A stretch of 64,000 bases of DNA from the NCBI GenBank assembly GCA_038087875.1, contig CM075995.1:7938001-8002000 (forward strand). Direction: 5' to 3'. Positions 36,270 through 48,390 of the stretch are shown piece by piece. The position numbers and the translations under genes were made by a program. The first letter of the stretch is position 1. Each line of letters starts with the position of its first letter. The notes under the pieces are model-generated. The model had not been told where the DNA came from. It did not search any database and saw nothing but the letters and a program-made list of their open reading frames with translations. Source of the DNA: Malacoraja senta. Lineage: Eukaryota.

Positions 36270-38808
36270 ATGTTAGTAGACTAATAAATGAGGATCAAAC
36301 AGGATTTATACCTAAGAGACATTCATTCAATAATTTGAGACGTTTGCTTAACATAATGCACTCACATAAATCTCATGACCAAGAGTTATCTATCATCTCA
36401 CTGGACGCAGAAAAAGCGTTTGATCAAGTAGAATGGGATTATATGATTAAAGTATTGCAAAAATTCCAATTGGGAGAGAACTTCATTGCATGGATAAAAC
36501 TATTATATAACAAACCTACGGCTAGAATACTAACTAATAATATATTATCCTCGAAAATTTGAACTATCAAGGGGCAATAGACAAGGATGTTCATTATCAC
36601 CGCTGTTATTTGCTTTAGTAATTGAACCCCTTGCTGAAAAAATAAGAACACACCTGGATATTTACGGTTATAATACAAAATATTCAAATAACAAAATATC
36701 CCTATATGCCGATGATGTACTACTGTACATCACAAAACCACAAATTAGTATACCAAATATATTAAATTTAATTGAGGACTTTGGATCCTTCTCAGGATAT
36801 AGAATAAATTGGAACAAAAGTGAAATTATGTCGATAAAACCAAAAGACTCAACACATCTCAGAAAATTCCCCTTTAAAATAGCTACAGAAAAATTCAAAT
36901 ATTTGGGAATTGAAATTACTAGAAATTACCAGGATATGTTTAAAGCCAATTATAATCCCTTACTTAAGAAATTAAATAATTTGATTAAATTCTGGAAAAC
37001 ACTTCCGATGTCCTTAATAGGCAGAATAAATGCTATAAAAATGATTTTCTTACCACAAATTCTATACCTATTTCAATCAATACCTATATATCTCCCAAAA
37101 AAAGTTTTTCAAAAAATTGGACTCAGACATTACAAATTTTATATGGGATTATAAATCCCATAGAATACAAAGAGCACATCTTAATTAACGAAAAGAGTTG
37201 GGGGGTCTAGCGCCACCTAACTTTATGTATTATAATTGGGCAGTAAATATTAAAAATATGATTCACCTGCTGGACAATTCTGCCCAGCAGGCGGACTGGA
37301 TTGTAATGGAAAAAGGGGACTGCTCCCCGAGTAATATAGGAGCGATTATTCTCTCTCCAATAAATTTGAATAATAAAAATTATAATAAAAATCCAATTAT
37401 ATATAGCACAATTAGAACATGGAAACAAATAAAACAGAATCTAAAATTAAGAAACCTATCTCTCTCAATACCAATAGTCAATAACCCATCGTTTAAACCA
37501 TCAATCATAGACAAATCATTTATACAATGGGAAAGAATGGGAATCAAAACGCTCGAAGATCTGTATGAATTGGGAAAATTACTATCATTTCAACAACTAC
37601 AACTGAAATATAATTTAAAAAATAACCAATATTTTAAATATCTACAAATTCGTGATTATCTGAAAAAATACACAAAAGACTATCATAATATGCCTTCCGA
37701 CTTACTAGATGAAGCAATGAAGACAAAGGCGGAATCAGCTAATCTAATATCGTACTTATATAATATCATTTTAAACATAGAAATACCCACAACAGATGGA
37801 ATTAGAAGAGACTGGGAACAAGAATTAGCTATAAAAATTTCAAAAGAGAGCTGGGATAATCATTTACTACAGGTGCATAAATGTTCGATCAACGTACGAC
37901 ATGCGCTCATCCAATTCAAAACATTACATGGACTATATTATTCAAAAACTAAATTAAATAAAATCTTTCCTAACGTCTCACCAATCTGTGATAAATGTAT
38001 ATGTCAAGAAGCTACCATAGCACATTCTTTTGTTTTTTGTACAAAAATCCAAAAATTCTGGTATGAAATATTTGATATTTTTTCAAAATTAATTAAAATA
38101 AAACTGGTACCAAAACCAGAATGGATTATTTTTGGAATATCGGAAGGTATTCCTGAATTAAACGTGTATCAGAAGAATTTACTCAATTATGGGCTAATAA
38201 TGGGAAAAAAGCTTATACTTAAATTCTGGAAAAATGCGCCCACACCAACAATAAAAATGTGGACATCAAATATGTTGGAAACATTACATCTGGAAGAGAT
38301 GAGATTCCTCCTAGTAGGCAAAGTAGATCAATTTCAAAAGACGTGGTCTACGTTTTTGGACCTATTACAAGCATGAGGTGCAATAGTAATTTAGAAAAAC
38401 AAATAAATAAATAAAAGGTATCTGGACCTGGTAATGGGAGGTAAAATAAAAACAGACTTGGTTGGTAGTTCCTTCTCTATGAAGTATGGTATAAGAGTTA
38501 TAATAGAGCGATTGTTCCTTCTTTCTTTCTCTTTTTTTTTCTAGGGTCTATTTTCTAACTTTACTTCCTTCTCTAACCTCTTTTCTAAGGGGCTTTCTTT
38601 TCCCAACACTCTTTTGCACTTCACAACCTTTGCGCACTTTCTTCACTTTTCTTACTTCTTTCTTTTTCTTTCTTAAAGTTTAAAAAAGTGAAGCGGTACA
38701 AAAAATGTATTAATATATACGTGTTGTACATTACTGTAATCTACCGTACTTCTAAAAAATAAAAAAAATAAAAAAAAAAAAAAATAAAAAAAAAAAAAAA
38801 AAAAAAAA
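36270..38808 (+). mobile_element. 5'-truncated L1-clade LINE with long poly(A)
   Basis: SLDAEKAFDQVEW, YADDVLLY and a 392-aa C-terminal ORF with CDKCICQEATIAHSFVFC. Poly(A) at 38754-38808. 53-bp flanking duplication. Confidence 0.93.
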
Positions 38809-40469
38809 TTCCCAATGTTATTATTTGTTTTAATCCATAAAGATGGATTAATTATATTGTGAACACGTGAAACATTAAAACCGCAGTGTTCGATTGCCAC
38901 TGCTGCCGTTGACACGTTATTACAGAATTCATTTTAACGGCAAATCAATGCTCTTAATATGGAGTATCAGTACTGTAGTTATTTAATGAGCAACATCCAC
39001 AACTATACGTACGCATATATGTTACCATGGTCCAGGATTTATTGACACAGGTTGATCATACGCTGAATAATCCAACCACATTTTTGTTTGGAAGTGGAAA
39101 GAACTAATAGAAATTGCATTAATTGCTATGTGTAAAAAGAGTTGAGATATTGTCTTATAATTTTGCTGCATGTCATTGTGGGATATATCATGTCTTGATT
39201 GGTGAATATGTTTAGTTTGTGACTTTATTTGAAGCAGAAATAATATGTGAATGGTTCATTGACCATAATTCCGACTGGTAACTACACACTTCGTCCGAGC
39301 ACATTATCGCACGCGTCATGCAAGCCATCTTAAATGACCACCTAAACTGCCATTTGGCAACCTAAAAAGCTGCCAAGGTTGCCCGGCTGGCAACAGGGAA
39401 AAAAAGTTAAGCGAGAGCCCTGGAATATGATAAAACGAGTGTGAATGGGTTATCAATGGTCTGCATGGACTTGGTGGGCCGAAGGGCGTGTTTCCATGCG
39501 GTATGTTTCTTGTTTTTCAATCGACCAACCGACCAATCAATCAATCAGGCTGCACAGTGGCGATGGGTAGAGTCGCTGCCTTACACTGTTAGAGACCCGG
39601 GTTCGATCCCGACTACGTTTGCTGTCTGTATGGTGTTTACACGTTCACCCCATGACCTGCGTGGGTTTTCTCCGGGTGCTCCGGTTTCCTCTCACACTCC
39701 AAAGACATACAGGTACAGGTTAATTGGGTTAGTAAAATTGTAAATTGTCATTAGTGTGTGTAGGTTAGTGTTAATGCGTGGGGATCGCTGGTCAGCACGG
39801 ACTCGGTGGGCCGAAGGACCTCTTTCCGCGCTGTATCTCTAAAACGAATAGATACTCAGCAGGTCAGGCAGCACGTGTGAAGGGAGAATATGTTTCTTTT
39901 CATGCTCTCCAAAAGGCGGCAAATATGTCACCTGTACAACTTTGTTCTCTAATCCCGCACTGACATTTCCTTTTGTTCCTTCCACCTCTCCCTCTCTCTG
40001 CCACTTAAAGCACATTTGTTTTCTAACTTTTCCAGTCCCGATGAAAGATTATATTGACCTAAAACTTTAACTCTCTTTATCTCCCCAGGACGGCACGGTG
40101 GCGCAGCGGTTGAGTTGCTGCCTTACAGCGCCAGAGACCCGGGTTCGATCCCGACCATGGGTGCTGTCTGTACGGAGTTTGTATGATCTCCCCGTGACCT
40201 GCGTTTTCTCCGAGATCTCCGGTTTCCTCCCACGCTCCAAAGATGTACAGGTTTGTAGGTTAATTGGCTTGGTATCAATGTAAAATTGTCCCTAGTATGG
40301 GTAGGATAGTGTTAGTGTGCGGGCATCGCTGTTCGGAGCGGACTCGGTGGGCCGAAGGGCCTGTTTCCACGCTGTATCTCCAAACTAAGTTGCTGCTTGG
40401 CCCGCCCAGTATTTCTAGCATTTTCTGTTTTATTTTAATTTCAGATTTCCTCCTTGTATGAACCCTTGT

Positions 40470-41426
40470 GGGAGTGGCGGCGCCTAACGGCAGCGGCTCA
40501 ACTACAGTCGTCCGTCTTTTTTTTAAATGTTTGTCTTGTTAAATGTATGTCTTGAGCTTAGTTTTTATTATTTTTTAGCTGTGTATATGTGGGGGGTGGA
40601 GGGGGGGGATGTTGGGGAAACCGTTAATCTCTTCCCTGTACGGGGACCCGACTTTTTCCCTGTCGGATCTCCGATGTCGTTGGGCCTTACATTGTGGAGC
40701 CGGCGGCGGACTCCGGCCGGGACTGACCAGAAGGCTCCACTCGCGGAGCCTGGGACCTGACATCGCGGAGCTGGCCGGCTTTGGAGCGGGGAGAGCTGTG
40801 GTGGCGCTCGGCTGCGACCCGACTTTGGAGTTTCGGAAGCTCCGGCTGCGGGCCCGGTGGACAGGAACATTGGGAGCTCCAGGTCCCTGGTGGGAGACAT
40901 CTTTTCGGAACTCGTGCAACTGCAACTTCTCCCGCTGGAATAGCGAGGTTTGGAGGACACGGAGCGAGGCCTAACATCGCCCGGCGCGGGTTGGCGGCCA
41001 CGGGACTTACCATCGTCCGCCGGGGGCTCTAACATCGGAGCCCCAGTTCGCCTAGACGCTGCAGTTGGACTACAGGTTGGACTGCTTGAACCGCGGGGTT
41101 TGAAGGACACGGAGCCGGGGCCTGGCATCGCCCGGCGTGGCTGAATGGCCACAGGACTTACCATCGTCCGCCGGGGGCTTTAACACCGGAGCCCCAGTTC
41201 GCCTAGACGCTGCAGTTGGACTGCTGGACCGCGGGTGAAGAATAAAGGGAAGAGATAAGACTTTGCCTTCCATCACAGTGAGGAGGTGTTGGAGACTCAC
41301 TGTGATGGATGTTTATGTAAACTGTGTTAAGTGTGGGTCTTGGCTTTTTTTGTAATGTAAAAAACTGTAGTAATGATATTTCGTTCAAGCCTAGGTTTGA
41401 ATGACAATAAATAGCATTCTATTCTA
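40470..41426 (+). mobile_element. GC-rich non-autonomous retroposon with internal ~150-bp duplication
   Basis: Same architecture as 7356-8194: gccttccatcac motif and an atgacaataaa + (attct)n tail. Internal repeat at 40953-41080 and 41101-41225. Confidence 0.6.
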
Positions 41427-41454
41427 TGGCTCTGGGCTTTTTAACATAGAACAT

Positions 41455-43680
41455 AAACTAACATAGAAAATAAGTGCAGGAGGAGGTCATTCGGCCCTTC
41501 GAACCAACACCGCCATTCATGTGATAATGGTTAATCGTCCCCAATCAATAACCCGTGCCTGCCTTCTCCCCATATCCCTTGATTCCACTAGCCCCTAGAG
41601 CTCTATCTAACTCTCTCTTAAATCCATCCAGTGATTTGGCCTCCACTGCCCTCTGTGGCAGGGAATTCCACAAATTCAACAATTCTCTGGGTGAAAATGT
41701 TTTTTCTCAGTCTTCAATGGCCTCCCCTTTATTCTAAGAATGTGGCCCCTAGATCTGGACCCGCCCAACATTGGGAACATTTTTCCTGCATTTAGCTTCT
41801 CCAGTCCTTTTATAGTTTTATATGTTTCTATAAGATACCCCCTCATCCTTCTAAACAATACAAGCCTAGTCTTTTCAATCTTTCCTCATATGACAGTCCC
41901 GCCATCGCAGAGATCAATCTCGTGAACCTACGCTGCACTGCCTCAATCACAAGGATGTCCTACGTCAAATTAGGAGACCAAAACTATACACAATACTCCA
42001 GATGTGGTTTTACCAGAGCCCTATACAACTGCAGAAGAACCTCTTTACTCCTATACTGAAATCCTCTTGTTATGAAGGCCAACATTCCATTAGCTTTCTT
42101 CACTGCCTGCTGTACCTGCACGCCAACTTTCAATGACTGGTGTACAAGGACACCCAGGTCTCTCTGTACCTCCCCCTTACATAACCTAACCCCATTGAGA
42201 ATAATCTACCCCCTTGTTTTTGCCGCCAAAGTGGATAACCTCACATTTATCTATATTATACTGCGTCTGCCACGCATCTGCCCACTGATTCAACCTGTCC
42301 AGGTCACCCTGCAACCTCCTAACATCCTCTTCACAGTTCACACTGCCACCCAGCTTTGTGTCATCCGCAAACTTGCTAGTGTTGCTCCTAATTCCCTCTT
42401 CCAAATCATTAATATATATGGTAAACAGTTGCGGCCCCAACACCGAGCCTTGCGGCACTCCACTCGCCACTGGCTGACATTCTGAAAAGGACCCGTTCAC
42501 TCCTACTCTTTGCTTCCAGTCTGCCAACCAATTTTCTATCCACGTCAACACCCTACCTCCAATACCATGTGCTCTAATTTTAGTCACCAGTCTCCCATGC
42601 GGGACCTTATCAAAGGCTTTCTGAAAGTCTAGATACACTACATCCACTGGCTCCCCTTCATTCATTTTACTTGTCACATCCTCAAAAAATTCCAGAAGAT
42701 TAGTCAAGCATGATTTTCCTTTCATAAATCCATGCTGACTTGGACTAATCATTTTAGTCCTAATAATGGGGGCATCCAAATGCCCCATTATTACCTCTTT
42801 AATAATTGACTCCAGCATCTTTCCCACCACCGAAGTCAGGCTAACTGGTCTGTAATTCCCCGTTTTCTCTCTCACTCCTTTCTTGAAAAGTGGGATAACA
42901 TTAGTTATCCTCCAATCCATAGGAACTGATCCTGAATCTATTGAACATTGGAAAATGATCACCAATGCGTCCAGTATTTCTAGAGCCACTTCCCTGAGGA
43001 CCCTGGGATGCAGACCATCAGGCCCAGGAGATTTATCATCCTTCAGTCCCATTAACCTACCCAATACTATTTATCGCCTAATGAAAATTTCTTTCAGTTC
43101 CTCTACCCCCTTAGATCCTCTCTCCTGCAGTACTTCTGGGAGATTGTTTGTGTCTTCCTTAGTGAAGACAGATCCGAAGTACCTGTTCAACTCCTCTGCC
43201 ATTTCCTTGTTCCCCATAATAATTTCACCCGTGTCTGCCTTCAAGGGACCTACATTTGACTTTGCTATTCTTTTTCCCTTAACATATCTAAAGAAGCTTT
43301 TCCTGTCCTTTATATTCCTGGCCAGCTTCCCCTCGTACTTCATCTTTTCAGCCCGTATTGCCCGTTTTATTTCCTTCTGTTGTCCTATGAAAGTTTCCCA
43401 AACCTCTGGCTTCTGGCTATTCTTTGCTGTGTTTTACATCTTTTCTTTAAGTTTTATTCTATCCCTAACTTCTATTGTCAGCCACAGTTGCCTCCTACTC
43501 CTCTTAGAATCTTTCTTCCTTTTTGGAATTAAATGATCCTGCGTCTTCCGGATTATGCCCATAAATTCCTGCCATCGCTGTTCCACCGTCATTCCTGCTA
43601 GGATCCCTTTCCAGTTGACCTTGGCCAGCTCCTCCCTCATGCCTTCATAGTCCCCTTTGTTCAACTGCATCACTGACATT
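41455..43680 (-). mobile_element. CR1 LINE, ORF2 RT region to 3' end
   Basis: KSPGPDGLHPRVL, NYRPVSLTSVVGK, YLDFQKAFDKVPH, GVPQGSVLGP and KFADDTK motifs; frameshifted. Confidence 0.93.
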
Positions 43681-43939
43681 TCCGAGATGGGAGCGTGGGG
43701 GTCATTTTTCCACACAAGCCATAGGTGACTGGGCAATCTGAACCCAAGTACCAAGTTGTAAGCGGCCGAAGGTGGCATTCCTCGGGACAGCCCCCACAAT
43801 CCCAGGGCTGCGGGTCAGGTGGAGCGGAGGTGTGGGACAATGTTCATCCCTCCATGTGATGGACGCGGGGGTCTGGACCAATCGCTGACAAGTCCCGCCC
43901 CCCAGCAACGTCATGTCCGTTATTTGACTTTTCTGTTGA

Positions 43940-44190
43940 GCGGCATTCGGTTCGTTGGCTTGTAGGCGACGCCGCCTTTCGGGTAGGTGGCGTTTAGACA
44001 GAGCGGCCATTCAGTGAGTTTGCTTTTAGGCGACGCAGCTTTTCGGTTAGTTGGCTTTTAGGCATCCCACCCTTTCGGTTAGTTTGCATTTAGGCGTCCC
44101 ATACTTTCGGTTTGTTGGCGTTTCGGCTTCGTACTCTTTCGGTTATTTGGCATTTCGGCCTCATTTCCATTCGGTTCTTTGGCTTTGAAT
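43940..44190. repeat. Degenerate 15/30-bp tandem array (tttcggttagttggc-ttttaggcgacgcagc)
   Basis: tttcgg/tttagg motifs recur every ~15 nt; possibly the subterminal array of a DNA transposon. Confidence 0.6.
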
Positions 44191-44234
44191 TCTTTGCATC
44201 GGCTTCTCGTCCGTCGGCGCCACGTCCGCACACG

Positions 44235-47200
44235 AGCGGAGTCAGGGGATGTGAGGAGAAGGCAGGAACGGGGTACAGATTGGGGATGATCAGCCATGAT
44301 CACATTGAATGGCGGTGCTGGCTCGAAGGGCTGAATGGCTTACTCTTGCACCTATTGTCCATTGCATCAATGGGAAGTGAGTGTGACTGAGGCAGCCATC
44401 TTGGTGCGAGGCATTTGCAGCAAGTGACTGACTGAGGGGAGGCTGCTGCCATCTTGTTGCAGGGCAATTAGTGGAAGTGACTGTGACTGAAGAGTATGGA
44501 AGCCATATTGGTGAGGGGCGTTTGTAGCAATGGCGACGATCTTGGTGAGGGGCATCAAGCACATTTTGTATATAGTGTGTTATATTGTATTATAGTGTGT
44601 TATATTGTGTTAAGGTGTGTTATAGTGTATTATATTGTATTTGGGTGTGTTAAAAATCATGTGTCATAGTGTATTATATATTATATTGTATTATGGTGAA
44701 TTATGTATTATAGTGCATTATAACTTTATTCCTTGGAGCACATGAGGATGAGGGATGATCTTATAGAGTTGTACAAAATCATGACAGGAATAGATCGGGT
44801 AGACGCACAGAGTCTTTTGCCAGGGGAGGGGAATCGAGGACCAGAGGACATCGGTTTAAGGTGAAGGGGAAAGATTTAAAAGGAATCTGAGGTAGACAAA
44901 AAATCTGGAGAAATTCAGCGGGTGAGGCAGCATCAATGGAGCGAAGGAATAGGAGACGTTTCAGGTTGAGACCCTTACCGATGTTGGCGGAGTCCAGAAC
45001 AAGGGGTCACAGTTTAAGAATAAGGGATTGAGAACAGAGATGAGGAAACACTTTTTCACACAGAGAGTTGTGAGACTGTGGAATTCTCTGCCTCAGAGGG
45101 TGGTGGAGGCCAGTTCTCTGGATACTTTCAAGAGAGAGATTGATAGGGCTCGTAAAGATAGCGGAGTCAGGAGATATGGGGAGAAGGCAGGAACTGATTG
45201 TGGATGATCAGCCATGATCACATTGAATGGCGGTGCTGGCTCGAAGAGGCGAATGGCCTACTGCACCTATTGTCTATTCTTCAGACTGACCCTTCTTCAG
45301 TCTGAAGAAAGGTCTCGACCCGAAACGTCGCCTATTCCTTCGCTCCATAAATGTTGCCTCACCCACTGAGTTTCTCCAGGTTTTTTCTACCTTCGATTTT
45401 TCAGAATCTGCAGTTCTTTCTGAAACATAGGAATCTGAGGTGTAACTTTTCCACATTGAGTGTGGGTGTATGGAACGAGCTGCCAGAGGAGGTAGTTGAG
45501 GCAGGGACTATTGCAACGTTTAAAAGATACTTGGATAGGTACATGGATTGGACAGCCCCTCACCAATATGGCTTCCATACTCTTTTGCCAGAGGTTTAGA
45601 GGGACATGGGCCAATGTGAGCAGTTTTGGGTCCCATTTCTGACGGAAGGATGTGCTTGGCACTGCAGAGGGTCCAGAGGAGGTTTACAAGAACGATCCCA
45701 GGAATGAGTGGGTTAATGTACGATGAGCGTTTGTCTGCACTGGGCCTGGACTCGCTGGAGTTTAGAAGAATGAGGAGGGGGGGGGGGGGGGGCTGGTCCT
45801 CATTAAAACTTTCCAGAACAGTGAAAGGCTTGGATAGAGTGGATGTGGAGAGGATGTTTCCACTCGTGGGAGAGTCTCGGACCAGAAGGCATAGTCTCAG
45901 AATTAAAGGGTGTTCCTTTAGAAAGGAGATGGGGAGGAATTTCTTTAGGCAGAGGGTGGTGAATCTGTGTGACTCTGTGACTCCCGTCCCCCAGCCCTGC
46001 CCCCCCTCTCTTCCTTAGTCATTCCCCACGGGCTCGACCGTCCCACCCAGCATCACGGTCCCACCCGGCATCACCGTATGACCGGGTGGGGGTCACAAAC
46101 GACACTGCAGGGCATCAGCAGGGAGTGAGTGTGACTGAGGCAGCCATCTTGGTGTGGGGCATTTGCATCAAGTGACTGACTGAGGGGGGGCTGCTGCCAT
46201 CTTCGTGCAGAGCAATTAGTGGAAGTGACTGTGACTGAAGAGTACGGAAGCCATATTGGTGAGGGGCGTTTGTAGCGATGGCGACCATCTTGGTGAGGAG
46301 CATCAACCACATTCTATATTATAGTGTGTTATATTGTATTTGGGTGTGTTAAAAATCATGTGTCATAGTGTATTATGGTGCATTATGTGTTATAGTGCAT
46401 TATAACTTTATTCCTTGGAGCACATGAGGATGAGGGATGATCTTATAGTGGTGTACAAAATCATGACAGGAATAGATCGGGTAGACGCAGAGAGTCTTTT
46501 GCCAGAGGAGCGGAATCGAGGACCAGAGGTTTAAGGTGAAGGGGAAAGATTTAATAGGAATCTGAGGTAGACAAAAAAGCTGCAGAAATTCAGCGGGTGA
46601 TGATGCAGCTATGGAGTGAAGGAATAGGAGACTTTTCAGGTCGAGACCATTCCCGATGTTGGGGGAGTCCAGAACAAGGTGCCACAGTTTAAGAATAAGG
46701 GGTAATGCATTTAGAACAGAGATGAGGAAACTTTTTCACACAGAGAGTTTTGAGTCTGTGGAATTCTCTGCCTCAGAGGGCAGTGGAGGCCGGTTCTCTG
46801 GATACTTTCAAGAGAGTGCTTGATAGGGCTCTTAAAGATAGCGGAGTCAGGAGATATGGGGAGAAGGCAGGAACGGGGGTATTGATTGTGGATGATCAGC
46901 CATGATCACATTGAATGGCGGTGCTGGCTCGAAGAGGCGAATGGCCTACTGCATCTTTTGTCTATTCTTCAGACTGACCCTTCTTCAGTCTAAAGAAAGG
47001 TCTCGACCCTGAAACGTCGCCTATTCCTTTGCTCCATAGATGTTGCCTCACCCGCTGAGTTTCTCCAGGTTTTTTCTACCTTCGAATTTTCCAGAATCTG
47101 CAGTTCTTTCTGAAACATAGGAATCTGAGGTGTAACTTTTCCACACAGAGGGTGGGTGTATGGAACAAGCTGCCAGAGGAGGTAGTTGAGGCAAGGGACT

Positions 47201-48300
47201 ATTACAATGTTTAAAAGATACTTGGACAGGTACATGGATAGGACAGGTTTAGAGGGACATGGGCCATTGTGAGCAGTTTTGGGTCCCATATCTGAGGGAA
47301 GGATGTGCTTGGCACTGCAGAGGGTCCAGAGGAGGTTCACAAGAACGATCCCAAGAATGAGTGGGTTAATGTACGATGAGCATTTGTCTGCATTGGGCCT
47401 GGATTCGCTGGAGTTTAGAAGAATGAGGAGGAGGAGGGGAGGGTCCTCAATAAAACTTTCCCGAATAGTGAAAGACTTGGATAGAGTGGATGTGGAGGGG
47501 ATGTTTCCACTAGTTGGAGACTCGGACCAGAAGGCATACTCAGAATTAAAGGGGCGTTCCTTTAGAAAGGAGATGGGGAGGAATTTCTTTAGGCAGAGGG
47601 TGGTGAATCTGTGTGACTCTGTGACTCCCCTCCCCAGCCCTGCCCCCCCTCTCTTCCTTCATCGTTCCCCACGGGCTCGACCGTCCCACCCAGCATCACG
47701 GTCCCACCCGGCATCACCGTATGACCGGGTGGGGGTCACAAACGACACTGCAGGGCATCAGCAGGGAGTGAGTGTGACTGAGGCAGCCATCTTGGTGTGG
47801 GGCATTTGCATCAAGTGAATGACTGAGGGGAGGCTGCTGCCATCTTCGTGCAGGGCAATTAGTGGAAGTGACTGTGACTGAAGAGTACGGAAGCCATATT
47901 GGTGAGGGGCGTTTGTAGCGATGGCGACCATCTTGGTGAGGAGCATCAACCACATTTTGTATTATAGTGTGTTATATTGTATTTGGGTGTGTTAAAAATC
48001 ATGTGTCATAGTGTATTATATAGTATTATGGTGCGTTATGTATTATAGTGCATTATGACTTTAATCCTTGGAGCGCAGGAAGATGAGGGATGATCTTATA
48101 GAGGTGTAGAAAATCATGATAGGAATAGATCGGGTAGACGCACAGAGTCTTTTGCCAGAGCAGGGGAATTGAGGACCAGAGGATATTGGTTTAAGGTGAA
48201 GGGGAAAGATTTAATAGGAATCTGAGGTAGACAAATAAGCTGAGGAAATTCAGCGGGTGAGGCAGCATCTATGGAGCGAAGGAATAGGAGACATTTTAGG
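44235..48300 (+). repeat. ~1.65-kb composite tandem repeat (about 2.4 units)
   Basis: The marker block gagtgtgactgaggcagccatcttgg recurs at ~44380, ~46127 and ~47770. Units are built of CR1 and PLE fragments. Confidence 0.9.
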
Positions 48301-48390
48301 GTCCCGTTCCACACACCTGAGAGAGGTTTCCTTTGCACTGAGAAAAATATTTTTATTCCTGGGTTTGAATGTTTAATTGTTGCTGAAAAG

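Larger units (their letters stand above)
26968..39422. mobile_element. Non-autonomous DNA transposon (hAT5-like; CAGGGCTC TIR, 5-bp TSD) hosting nested insertions
   Basis: gaata|CAGGGCTC at 26963-26975 and GAGCCCTG|gaata at 39415-39427. Shared subterminal gttgcccgg/ggcaac motifs at both ends. Confidence 0.7.

Noticed and set aside
37198..38376. 392-aa ORF as a host gene
   Set aside because: It is the C-terminal part of L1 ORF2 in a 5'-truncated, disrupted element.
40089..40160. tRNA genes
   Set aside because: The A/B-box heads continue into the V-SINE core and CR1 tail, so they are SINEs.
46115..46312. Repeated 65-aa ORF (MWLMLLTK...) as a peptide gene family
   Set aside because: Its identity across copies reflects the recent tandem and inverted duplication; I see no homology or splice/promoter support.
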